Shown here: piece by piece, positions 55,657 to 64,000 of the stretch
Layout: every line of letters starts with the position of its first letter
Numbering within the stretch: position 1 is the first letter of the stretch
DNA from: Minisyncoccota bacterium
GTDB lineage: Bacteria; Patescibacteriota; Minisyncoccia; UBA9983
Assembly: GCA_041648395.1 (NCBI GenBank)
Contig: JBAZPC010000001.1
Span: forward strand, 31,173-95,172
DNA length: 64,000 nucleotides
Direction of reading: 5' to 3'
Made by a program: the position numbers and the translations under genes
The notes under the pieces: generated by a model
What the model was told of the DNA's origin: nothing
Seen by the model: the letters and a program-made list of their open reading frames with translations, nothing else
Database searches by the model: none

Positions 55657-56367
55657 TTATTTTACTCTATTTGATTTAATTTCCCGACCGCATTTCCACG
55701 CAGGCAAATCTAAAACACCAGGATATTGCGGATAAATTTCTTTGGCGAAATAAATTATTTCCTCATTACTGACATCTTTTCTTAAAAGTCCGTTTGCAAT
55801 AAAGCATTTCCTTACCTGCACATCAGGAGATATATCAATAGAAGAATAATCTTTCATTTTAATTTTGAAATCTCTTGCTAAAATATTAGTCGTCATGGTT
55901 GCTATTTTTATACCTACTCCTTTAAATTCTAAAAGCCTTCTCACTATCACGGCACTATTAAGATTTTCAGCCCATATTTTTGAAACATCGTCTTGGTATT
56001 TATTATGAATATCATTAATAGCTGAATAAAATATTTGTTCTGGGTTTTTTATTCTTGGGCGTAAATTTTTATTTTCCAGAAAAATTTTCTTTAGAGATAG
56101 TTTATTTAATTTTAAAAATTTTTTAAATTCAAATCCGCCTATTTTTTTACCTATTTTATATGGAATCAGCCACGCTTTACCTGCTTTTATCCTTCTTTGC
56201 ATAATACAACCAAAAAACAAAATGTGTGGGTATAATTCAATATTATTAAGTATTGATTCCGCTTCTTGTACGCCGGTTTCAAAAGAAATTTTTTCTCTTT
56301 GTTTTTCAAAAAGATATTGCCCGTCTTTTATTAGAGATTCAATAAATTTTCTTTGATTTAATTCCAT
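55657..56367 (-). CDS. HhH-GPD / endonuclease III-related DNA glycosylase-like protein (start probably 56367)
   Basis: HhH motif FKGVG.KIA.M, DISPD..V; AT-rich. Confidence 0.72.
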   Translation of the reverse strand: MELNQRKFIESLIKDGQYLFEKQREKISFETGVQEAESILNNIELYPHILFFGCIMQRRIKAGKAWLIPYKIGKKIGGFEFKKFLKLNKLSLKKIFLENKNLRPRIKNPEQIFYSAINDIHNKYQDDVSKIWAENLNSAVIVRRLLEFKGVGIKIATMTTNILARDFKIKMKDYSSIDISPDVQVRKCFIANGLLRKDVSNEEIIYFAKEIYPQYPGVLDLPAWKCGREIKSNRVK

Positions 56368-56371
56368 ATTT

Positions 56372-56722
56372 TTATGTTTCAAGCTTAGATATTGTACCCC
56401 ATAACATTGCTCCAATTTCATCAGCAAATTTGTTGACCTCATTATAATCATCTTTTGATATATAGTCCTCCTTTAATGCAAATTCCAGTAAATACTTTGA
56501 TTCTTGCAATGATCCATAGGCAATTTCAAGAAAATTTTTGTGTACCTTTTGTCTATTCCGCGCATATCCTTCAATATAATTAAGAGCTACCGATAATGCA
56601 GCTCTGCGTAATTGGGAAACCGACCCGTAAATTTCGTCTCTTGGAAATTTCTTGGTTAATCTATAAACTAGATGAACATACTTATCTATTTTATTTTTTA
56701 ATTGTTGATGAAATGTTTCCAT
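56372..56722 (-). CDS. Four-helix-bundle protein (23S rRNA IVP / bAvd-like family)
   Basis: T..FP..E.YG..SQLRRAA.S...N..EG, FL.IA.GSL.E..Y. Confidence 0.92.
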   Translation of the reverse strand: METFHQQLKNKIDKYVHLVYRLTKKFPRDEIYGSVSQLRRAALSVALNYIEGYARNRQKVHKNFLEIAYGSLQESKYLLEFALKEDYISKDDYNEVNKFADEIGAMLWGTISKLET

Positions 56723-56764
56723 AAGTTCTATGATTTAAGTTTCAAGATTCATGATTCAAGATCA
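56723..56764. repeat. Heptamer array, right flank of the cassette
   Basis: AAGTTCT ATGATTT AAGTTTC AAGATTC ATGATTC AAGATCA. Confidence 0.8.
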
Positions 56765-57481
56765 CTTAACAAAATTATCTTTGTGAGTGTGGCGACGCTT
56801 GGTGACTTCTTTATCACTTTCAATTAAGCCATCCTTGAAAGTGATGATGCGCTGGGCGTATTCGGCGGTGTATGTTTCGTGGGTGATGAGAATTATGGTG
56901 TGGCCGTTGTCGTTTAATGTTTCTATTATTTCCATAATTTGCCCGCCTGATTTTGAATCAAGGTTGCCGGTCGGCTCATCGGCAAAAATAACGTTCGGAT
57001 TATTTATGAGTGCCCGAGCGATGGCCACTCTTTGCTTTTCTCCGCCGGAAAGTTTTGATACATCGTGGTTGATTCTGTGAGAGAGACCGACTTGCTCAAT
57101 GGCCTTCAGCGCCATTTCTTCCCAAAATGATTCTTTTACATCTGAATAAAGAAGAGGAAGTTTTACGTTTTCCAGCACCGAGGTGCGGCTAAGTAGATTA
57201 AACATCTGGAAAACAAATCCCATTTTTTTATTTCTCACTTGGGAAATTTCCTCTTTAGAGTAGTCCTTCAATTCCCTGCCTTCAAATTTATATTTTCCTC
57301 CTGTCGGCTCGTCCAAAAATCCGAGCATATGGAGAAGAGTTGACTTGCCGGAACCAGACGGCCCCATAATCGCCACGAACTCCCCTTTTTCAATATTAAA
57401 ACTGACGCCGCAAAGCGCCGGCGTTTTTACCTCCTCATCTCCGTAAATTTTCTCGAGGTTTTCTACCTCAATAAGCGACAT
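56762..57481 (-). CDS. MacB/LolD-type ABC ATP-binding protein (start probably 57481)
   Basis: [36 protein letters not shown]. Confidence 0.95.
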   Translation of the reverse strand: MSLIEVENLEKIYGDEEVKTPALCGVSFNIEKGEFVAIMGPSGSGKSTLLHMLGFLDEPTGGKYKFEGRELKDYSKEEISQVRNKKMGFVFQMFNLLSRTSVLENVKLPLLYSDVKESFWEEMALKAIEQVGLSHRINHDVSKLSGGEKQRVAIARALINNPNVIFADEPTGNLDSKSGGQIMEIIETLNDNGHTIILITHETYTAEYAQRIITFKDGLIESDKEVTKRRHTHKDNFVK

Positions 57482-57482
57482 A

Positions 57483-59030
57483 TTATTTCTCAAAGGTGAC
57501 GACCTTATCTCCCTCTTTGATTCCCTCAAGGATTTCAATGTTGCCGTCAGAACCGCGCAAGCCGGTTTTAACTTTTACCTCTGATGTTTCGCCTGTTTTT
57601 TTGTTCAGTAAAATTTTCACGATTTTATCCTGGTCCTTTGACGCCACCGCTCTTTGCGGAATGGAAATTACGTTTTCGCGTTTGTCTGTGAGAACATCTA
57701 TGTTGGCCGTCATGCCTGATTTTAAGCGCTCGTCTTTTTTAAGAAATTGCAAAGTGATTTTATAAGTCGCCACGCCTTCTATCATTGTTTCTGCCGGGTC
57801 AATTTTTGTCACTCTCGCTTCAAAAATCACGTCGTTGCCATAGGCGTCAAGCGTAACTTTGGCGCCGTCGCTTATTTTTATTTTGACGATATCCGCCTCC
57901 GGCACATTCGCCTCCATCTCAAATTGCGATTCGGAAATAAGAGAAACAATAACCGCGCCGACCGCCGTTATTTCTCCGACTTTCGCCTCCTGCTTGGTGA
58001 CAATTCCGTTTATCGGCGCGCGTAAAATCGTTTTCGCGACTTGCGCTTCGTAATTTTTTACGTTGGCTCTCGCCGCCTCCGTCTGTGCTTCCTGGCCGGC
58101 AATCTGCTCCGGCGTTGAACTGGCTTTTTTAAGAGCGAGGTCTTGTTGAGTCAAAGTCAAAGCCGATTGCGCGCTTGATAATCCGTCTTGCGCAGCGGTG
58201 AGGTTGGCAACGGCGGTATTCACATTGGCGCGCGCCGTGGAAACATCCGCCTTATATCCATCTATGATTATTTGAGTCAAAGCGGCGTTCGGTGTCAAAG
58301 AATTTATCGCCAGCGCGATATTATCCAAAAGCAACCTGATTTGGTTCAAATTATTTTTGGCGATGTTAATGTTGAAATCCAAATCGCTTGAAACAGTTAA
58401 AACGCTTAATGAAGAATTCCAAGAATTCAAAACGCTTTCTATTAAAAATCTTTTCCATTCTATATCTGTCTTCAATTGACCAGTCACACTGCTAAAAATA
58501 AACTGGGGATTGGATGTTCTCGGGTTGGTAAAAAATTGGTCTGCTTTGTTTCTTATAGCATCCTCTGATTTGGTGTAAGCGTCATTGATTTTATCAACAA
58601 CCGCTTTCTTCGCCTCGTTCAAAGACACAGCGGCGTTGTCCACTTTCGTCTGATAGACACTTATTTCTTCCGCCCTCGTTCCTTTTTTTAATTCATCCAA
58701 GCTTGCTTCTTGGACTTTCAAGCTCGCTTTCGCCTGGTCAAGTTGGGCAACCAAATCGGAATTGGAAAGCGCGACCAAAACCTGTCCTGCGACGACCTTA
58801 TCCCCGACATTCGCCTTGACCAAAGAAATTTTTCCTCCTTTCTCAAACGCCAAATCAACATCCTGGGCCGGCTTAACCGCACCCGTTACACTCACCTCCT
58901 GCACCACTTCTCCTTTTTGAGCCGAGACAAATTCATAAACAGGCGCCTTTTTTCCTCTAAAAAGAAAATAAGCGCCAACGGCTAGTAGGACAACAACGAC
59001 TGCGATAATAATAATTGTTCGTTTTCTCAT
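57483..59030 (-). CDS. MacA/HlyD-type membrane fusion (adaptor) protein
   Basis: N-terminal TM, lipoyl halves (V..GD.V..GQ.L; APING.V), long coiled coil, GMTA. Confidence 0.9.
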   Translation of the reverse strand: MRKRTIIIIAVVVVLLAVGAYFLFRGKKAPVYEFVSAQKGEVVQEVSVTGAVKPAQDVDLAFEKGGKISLVKANVGDKVVAGQVLVALSNSDLVAQLDQAKASLKVQEASLDELKKGTRAEEISVYQTKVDNAAVSLNEAKKAVVDKINDAYTKSEDAIRNKADQFFTNPRTSNPQFIFSSVTGQLKTDIEWKRFLIESVLNSWNSSLSVLTVSSDLDFNINIAKNNLNQIRLLLDNIALAINSLTPNAALTQIIIDGYKADVSTARANVNTAVANLTAAQDGLSSAQSALTLTQQDLALKKASSTPEQIAGQEAQTEAARANVKNYEAQVAKTILRAPINGIVTKQEAKVGEITAVGAVIVSLISESQFEMEANVPEADIVKIKISDGAKVTLDAYGNDVIFEARVTKIDPAETMIEGVATYKITLQFLKKDERLKSGMTANIDVLTDKRENVISIPQRAVASKDQDKIVKILLNKKTGETSEVKVKTGLRGSDGNIEILEGIKEGDKVVTFEK

Positions 59031-59620
59031 TTTTTTATTATTTCCACGGACTTGACTACGACAGGACTAACTGGTTTTGATAATTCTCCGGAATTGCTTT
59101 TTTCAACCGGCGCGCCAGCGATTTTATCAACAACTTCCATTCCGCTCACCACGCGTCCAAAGATAATATAATTTTTCGGCAGAGAATTATTTTGATGCAT
59201 GATGAAAAACTGGCTGCCGTTGGTGTTCGGTCCAGCATTGGCCATGGCCACGGCACCTCTGGTGTATTCTCCGGTAAACAGCTCGTCGTCAAATTTGTAT
59301 CCCGGTCCGCCGGTGCCGTCTCCTTTCGGGTCTCCGCCCTGAATCATAAACCCCTTGATGACACGATGAAAAATTGTGTTGTCATAAAAATTTTTACCGG
59401 CAAGCGAAATGAAATTTTCCACCGTCTTCGGCGTTTCGTTTTCATTCAACTGAATCGTGATATCACCCTCTGATGTTTTTAAAACGGCGAGATAGATTTT
59501 TTTATTATTAGTTTCATTACTCATATTATTGTTATTGCCAGATTTGTTATTTTTTAACCCGTAAATAACTATCGCGCCCAATATCAAGACCAGCGACAAA
59601 ATAAATATCATTTTTTTCAT
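59027..59620 (-). CDS. Cyclophilin-type peptidyl-prolyl isomerase
   Basis: P.TV.NF, FHRVI.GFMIQGGDP, AMAN.GPNTNGSQFFI, FG.V..GM. Confidence 0.96.
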   Translation of the reverse strand: MKKMIFILSLVLILGAIVIYGLKNNKSGNNNNMSNETNNKKIYLAVLKTSEGDITIQLNENETPKTVENFISLAGKNFYDNTIFHRVIKGFMIQGGDPKGDGTGGPGYKFDDELFTGEYTRGAVAMANAGPNTNGSQFFIMHQNNSLPKNYIIFGRVVSGMEVVDKIAGAPVEKSNSGELSKPVSPVVVKSVEIIKK

Positions 59621-59627
59621 AAATTAA

Positions 59628-59894
59628 TTAAATTTGCGGCGCCGATGATTTTTTAGACAGGAGATTGTACAGCCATGCGACGGCAAACCCAAAAATGTAC
59701 CCATCAACAAATCCCCAAACCGCTCCGATGATTCCTCCCAAAATGGAAGCACCGTATCCGATATAAAAATCGCTGGCAATCATCACTGATCCCACCCCCC
59801 AATTGAGATATTTAGCAGTAAGCGCTATTAAAAACATGCACAGCGCAGAGATTATCCCGATTGCAAGACCCAAGGCATTTCTATTTAAATTCAT
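59628..59894 (-). CDS. Small two-TM membrane protein
   Basis: Y.GY.....G..IG..WGF.DG...G...AWLYN. Confidence 0.7.
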   Translation of the reverse strand: MNLNRNALGLAIGIISALCMFLIALTAKYLNWGVGSVMIASDFYIGYGASILGGIIGAVWGFVDGYIFGFAVAWLYNLLSKKSSAPQI

Positions 59895-60012
59895 AATAAT
59901 AAAATTTTAATTTTTTTGACCTGCTTGCGCAGGCAAGTTCGACCATTTCTATTATTTTACATAATAAACAACCCCGACACAAGGTCGGAGCCGTTTATTT
60001 ATATCTAATCTT

Positions 60013-60735
60013 CTATTTCTTGATATCTATCAGGATTGCCTGGATTTTGGCCAGCGCTTTGTTCCAAATTCCTCTCACGAGCAATTTGGTCCCAACCTGA
60101 ATATCGGCGAAAGCGGCGGTTGTTGTTCCTTTTGTTATCTTGGTGTCAGCCGTCACATTGACCGTCTGATTTCCGCGCTCTTCTGTTTTTAGAACGAAAC
60201 TGCTTGAAGAAGCGTTTACGCTTTCAACTGTTCCTTTAAACACTCCGTGCTTCGCCTGAATTGAAACGTTTCTCACTGTCTTGGCGTGGACAAGAAAATT
60301 ATTGCTTGCGTCCAAAGAACCAGCAACATTCACGACATCGCCAACGGAAAACTCCGTCACATTAGAAGTGCCCCAGAATTGTCGGACAATTTTCGCGCCT
60401 TTTGTGTCAATCGTGTAAGCGTAGCTGAACACGGATACTCCCAAAGTATCGGTGCCGACACTCGTCACCTTCGCGGCTTTGATTAAAACTTCCGTGGATG
60501 GTTTGTCAGTCGGACAATTGCCGACTTCCTGACAAATGACGCGTCCGACGATTTCCCTAATGGAAAGTTCCTGGCGCAAATCGTTCTTGGCGACATCCTT
60601 CACATTCGGTTTTACTTTCTCGGCCTTTTCTATTTTGTTATCGTTCTCGTTTTCGTTCGCTTTTGCTACTCCAGTCGCAATTGTCAACCCTGCCACCAAG
60701 GCAACAACTGCAAACGCAATTAAATATTTCTTCAT
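60013..60735 (-). CDS. Secreted DUF5666-like (tandem OB-fold) protein
   Basis: Signal peptide; two V....T.I......F....VG..V.V.G repeats. Confidence 0.7.
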   Translation of the reverse strand: MKKYLIAFAVVALVAGLTIATGVAKANENENDNKIEKAEKVKPNVKDVAKNDLRQELSIREIVGRVICQEVGNCPTDKPSTEVLIKAAKVTSVGTDTLGVSVFSYAYTIDTKGAKIVRQFWGTSNVTEFSVGDVVNVAGSLDASNNFLVHAKTVRNVSIQAKHGVFKGTVESVNASSSSFVLKTEERGNQTVNVTADTKITKGTTTAAFADIQVGTKLLVRGIWNKALAKIQAILIDIKK

Positions 60736-60792
60736 ATTTTTTTTCAGATAATTATGTTGATAATATAACGACCTTTTGTTTCTTCTTTACAT

Positions 60793-60823
60793 TATAGACG
60801 ATTTTCGCGCTAGTTCATTACTT
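60793..60823 (-). promoter_or_regulatory. Putative ECF promoter
   Basis: AAGTAAT-N13-AATCGTCTATA, the same boxes and spacing as 53593-53623. Confidence 0.65.
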
Positions 60824-61345
60824 CCTCTTGCGTATCAGCCAATAAATGAGAATTATAGCGGAATAATTTAAAATAATAAACCACGGTTGGCCCCATGAGA
60901 AGCCGTCAAATTTCCATTCGGAAAACGGCCAGAGAAACGGCGTAGGGTAAAATTTGTAAGAGTGCGTGGGGATGTCTATGAGAATATGAATAAGCCATCC
61001 GCCCATTTCCCAAACGAATTTACGTTTGATTAAATAAATCAAAGCGAAGATGGCAAAAAACACCGCCACGCTGTGGCTGACGCTGTAAAGAACGGAAGTG
61101 AGCCGAAAAATTGGCAGAGTGTCGGGTGGCATCGGTTCACTGTGTTCCGGCCTTGGAAAATCGGAAAAATTCATGTTGCCGGAAATTAAATTGTACGCCA
61201 GCCAGACAAAAGGAATGGAAAATGAAAACAAATCAGGAAACATGCCCCAAAAAACGGCCGAGTAAACATTCAGCTGGTTTTTTATTTTTTTGTTTGCCGC
61301 TTTGTACGCCGCTCCCGCCCAAAGGCCATGCGAAAAAATATCCAT
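60818..61345 (-). CDS. Membrane metal-dependent hydrolase-like protein (YdjM-like)
   Basis: SH.L, PD, HS, HILID..TH, WP. Confidence 0.75.
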   Translation of the reverse strand: MDIFSHGLWAGAAYKAANKKIKNQLNVYSAVFWGMFPDLFSFSIPFVWLAYNLISGNMNFSDFPRPEHSEPMPPDTLPIFRLTSVLYSVSHSVAVFFAIFALIYLIKRKFVWEMGGWLIHILIDIPTHSYKFYPTPFLWPFSEWKFDGFSWGQPWFIILNYSAIILIYWLIRKRK

Positions 61346-61362
61346 ATTTTATTTATTATAGC

Positions 61363-61464
61363 TTATCTGAATAATCTCATTGAAAGGTCATCTTTCATCA
61401 AGGCGATGTTAGCCGACTCAATGGCGGCGTCAAAACTTAAAAATTTTTTTACTTTTTTAATCAT
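61363..61464 (-). pseudogene. Remnant of a second P1B-type ATPase
   Basis: MIKKVKKFLSFDAAIESANIALMKDDLSMRLFR; DAAIESA.IALM.DDL is the P1B hinge-proximal motif. Confidence 0.6.
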
Positions 61465-61476
61465 TTTCAAATTTAT

Positions 61477-63525
61477 TTATAATATCTTTTTTCTTAATAA
61501 CACCGCATTAAAAGCGACGATAACTGTTGACGCGCTCATAAGCGCCGCGGCAACGGCCGGCTGAAGAATAATCCCCTGCGAGGCCAGCGCGCCGGCGGCC
61601 AACGGCAACGCCACCAAGTTGTATCCGGTCGCCCAAAAAAGATTTTGAATCATTTTTGCGTAAGTGAGTTTTGAGAGTTTGATAATTTTCGGAATGTCGC
61701 GAGGGTCGTTTTTGACCAGAATAATTCCCGCCGATTCAATGGCGACGTTTGTTCCGGCGCCGATGGCAATGCCCAAATCCGCCTGCATAAGAGCCGGCGC
61801 GTCATTCACACCGTCGCCAACCATTGCAACCTTATAACCCTTTTGCTGAAGCGCTTTTACTTTTTCGGACTTTTCGTTGGGTAGCACTTTTGCAAAATAT
61901 TCATCAATGCCTAATTCTTTTGCTACCCATTCGGCAACATCTTCCGAGTCGCCGGTAATCATGGCGGTATGAATGCCGGCTTGCCGAAGCGAGGCAACGG
62001 CTTCCCTTGATTCCTCTCTGATAATGTCAGCCAGAGCGATGGCGCCAAGTAAACGATTACCGACAGCGACAAAATTAATGGTCTTGCCTTCTTTTGACAG
62101 CGCGTCAATTTTATTTTTTACATCATTAGAAATTGATATTTGCAAATCTTGCATAAGAGCGATGTTTCCGACGAATATCGTTTCTCTGTTCACTATTCCC
62201 TGCGCGCCTTTTCCGGGAATTCGTTTGAAATTTTTTACCTCGCGCAATAAAATTTTTCTCCTCTCTGCTTCTTTCATAATCGCTTTGGCAAGCGGATGTT
62301 CAGAGAGAGCGTTGACCGCCCCGGCCGCGGCAAGAATTTCTTCCTGATTGGCCGACGTCGCGGAAATAATTTCGCTAACGCCGAATTCTCCTTTTGTTAG
62401 CGTTCCTGTTTTATCAAACAATACGGTATTGATTGTCCGCGCCACCTCAAGTGACAAGCGCTGTTTAATCAAAAGCCCGTTTTTTGCCGCCATTGCCGTT
62501 GAAATGGAAGCAACGAGCGGCACTGCCAAACCGAGCGCATGCGGACAGGCGATGACAAGAACGGCAACCAGGCGCTCGGTGGCAAACACAACGCCAGCTT
62601 TAACTGACAGCCAAACAACAAAAGTGGCCGCGCCCGTTAAAACCGCAATGATTGTCAAATACAACGCCGCCCGGTCGGAAAGCATTTGAAGCCGCGACTT
62701 GGAAGCTTGGGCTTCAGCCACCAAGCGCATCACGCCGGCGAGAAATGTGGCTTCGCCTATTTTGTCCACTTGAACGGTAAGTCCTCCGTCTCCGTTGATT
62801 GATCCGGCAATGACGCGCTCGCCGATTTTTTTGCCTACCGGCTTTGATTCGCCGGTGATAATTGATTCGTTTAAATCGGACTGGCCTTCAACAATGACGC
62901 CGTCAGCCGGCACTTTGCTTCCCGGACGGATGAGTACCTTGTCTCCGGCTATCAATTCTGAAATTAGAATTGTTTGCGTCTTGCCTCCGCCAGCCGGCGG
63001 ACGAATTACATCTGCCGTGTCCGGCAGAAATTTTGCCAATTCTTTTAAGGCGCCTTGCGCTCCGGCAACCGCCTTCATTTCTATCCAATGGCCGAGGAGC
63101 ATCACGGCGATTAATGTTGAAAGTTCCCAAAAAAGCGTTTCCTTCCTGCCAGTCAATACCGAGAAGACGCTGAATGAATAGGCCGCTGTGATTGCGAGCG
63201 AAATAAGCGTCATCATGCCGGGCAGTTTTGTCCGAAGTTCGCGATACGCGCCTAGAATAAAAACCCAGCCGCCGTAAAAAAACACAATCGAGGCAAGAAA
63301 TAAAACGGCGTATTCGTATCCGGGAAAACGGGGAGCTTGCCAGCCAAATATTTTTTCAATAATCTCCGAATACGCAAGAATCGGAATTGTGAGCGCAAGT
63401 ACAACCCAAAATTTTTTTAGAAATGATTCGGTATGATGCCCGGCGTGCCTGCCCGCCGTTGGAGAGGGCTTGCCCACCACAATGGAGGGCTTATTTGACT
63501 CATGATGTTGGTGATTGTGATTCAT
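61477..63525 (-). CDS. copB: Copper-exporting P1B-3 ATPase (CopB type)
   Basis: His-rich N-terminus, TGES, CPH, DKTGT, SEHP, GDGVNDAP, YN, MSAST. Confidence 0.9.
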   Translation of the reverse strand: MNHNHQHHESNKPSIVVGKPSPTAGRHAGHHTESFLKKFWVVLALTIPILAYSEIIEKIFGWQAPRFPGYEYAVLFLASIVFFYGGWVFILGAYRELRTKLPGMMTLISLAITAAYSFSVFSVLTGRKETLFWELSTLIAVMLLGHWIEMKAVAGAQGALKELAKFLPDTADVIRPPAGGGKTQTILISELIAGDKVLIRPGSKVPADGVIVEGQSDLNESIITGESKPVGKKIGERVIAGSINGDGGLTVQVDKIGEATFLAGVMRLVAEAQASKSRLQMLSDRAALYLTIIAVLTGAATFVVWLSVKAGVVFATERLVAVLVIACPHALGLAVPLVASISTAMAAKNGLLIKQRLSLEVARTINTVLFDKTGTLTKGEFGVSEIISATSANQEEILAAAGAVNALSEHPLAKAIMKEAERRKILLREVKNFKRIPGKGAQGIVNRETIFVGNIALMQDLQISISNDVKNKIDALSKEGKTINFVAVGNRLLGAIALADIIREESREAVASLRQAGIHTAMITGDSEDVAEWVAKELGIDEYFAKVLPNEKSEKVKALQQKGYKVAMVGDGVNDAPALMQADLGIAIGAGTNVAIESAGIILVKNDPRDIPKIIKLSKLTYAKMIQNLFWATGYNLVALPLAAGALASQGIILQPAVAAALMSASTVIVAFNAVLLRKKIL

Positions 63526-63662
63526 TTTACCACACTATTTAACATTCTCACATTCTTGCTTGCCCGCCCGCAGTTTTAACGGAGGAGGGAGAATGTTGGA
63601 GTGTTATTAATAGGCCTGATTTTTGACGCTAACGGCTCCGATGTTTTCATAGGAGGTTATTT

Positions 63663-63998
63663 TTAAGGGGAAATTATATCTTTCTCGGAAATGACTTTAA
63701 CTTCAATATCATCAAACAGAAATGCGGTGTCATCAGATGTTTCAAAATTTATCTTGCCTGACAAAAACGGGGATTGCGCATCTTTATATTTTATCAGCAG
63801 ATTTGCGTCGAGGTAGATGTTAAAAATATTATTATACGCTTTTATCTCCAATGTGTGCCAGCCGCCTTCAAACGAGGCGGGGCTGTCCGCCAACTCCTGG
63901 TATATTCCCTTGTTTTCATTAAGACCTTTGGCGAGGGAGATATGGTTGCCCCCTTCTTCTAATCTAAGTATATATCTGCGCGTTATCTCCGTTGGCAT
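63663..63998 (-). CDS. C-terminal part of a concanavalin-like (DUF1080/LamG-like) domain protein, truncated by the window edge
   Basis: WH.L.I......I.IYLD, G.I.F, FDDI.V. Confidence 0.55.
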   Translation of the reverse strand: MPTEITRRYILRLEEGGNHISLAKGLNENKGIYQELADSPASFEGGWHTLEIKAYNNIFNIYLDANLLIKYKDAQSPFLSGKINFETSDDTAFLFDDIEVKVISEKDIISP

Positions 63999-64000
63999 AA

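Noticed and set aside
56368-56451. N-terminal extension of the glycosylase-like ORF (and of dnaB and the 57538 ATPase)
   Set aside because: The extensions overlap the upstream genes, and downstream ATGs give normal spacing.
1-64000. Alternative genetic code (UGA = Gly, as in Gracilibacteria/Absconditabacteria)
   Set aside because: Conserved genes are full length under code 11, and TGA serves as a normal stop (e.g. rmuC, rplI).

Overview
This window looks like chromosomal DNA from a small-genome CPR/Patescibacteria (Parcubacteria-like) bacterium. That is an inference from the compact core genes that mostly lack Shine-Dalgarno (SD) sites and from the typical CPR gene families (PaaX/Cas2-like, GxxExxY, four-helix-bundle, DUF5666/5667, giant FN3 surface protein). 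Core genes include rmuC, rplU, recR, dnaB, cysS, corA, tgt, ctpA, rplI, pyrG, rpmA, gltX, lysS, mrdA-mreCB, proS, rseP, frr, tRNA-Ala, ddl, uppS, znuBC, MacAB-like ABC systems and a Cu ATPase. Six observations stand out. (1) The histidine kinase-rmuC junction (2.6-8.9 kb) holds three unrelated cassettes, separated by chimeric rmuC-5'/kinase-3' scars, with no integrase in the window. (2) One cassette carries an unannotated 40-aa RiPP precursor beside an RRE-fused radical SAM/SPASM enzyme. (3) Another carries a Cas10/GGDEF-like palm protein with PepE and MccF-like peptidases. (4) A 32-bp tripartite palindrome, TACC-N8-GCNATNGC-N8-GGTA, brackets a PaaX/Cas2-like gene and recurs alone at three other intergenic sites. 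(5) Several short repeat families flank four-helix-bundle and GxxExxY genes and also sit in frame inside housekeeping genes. (6) An ECF promoter motif occurs three times, once inside the putative anti-sigma gene. All protein assignments come from motifs read by eye; no database searches were run.
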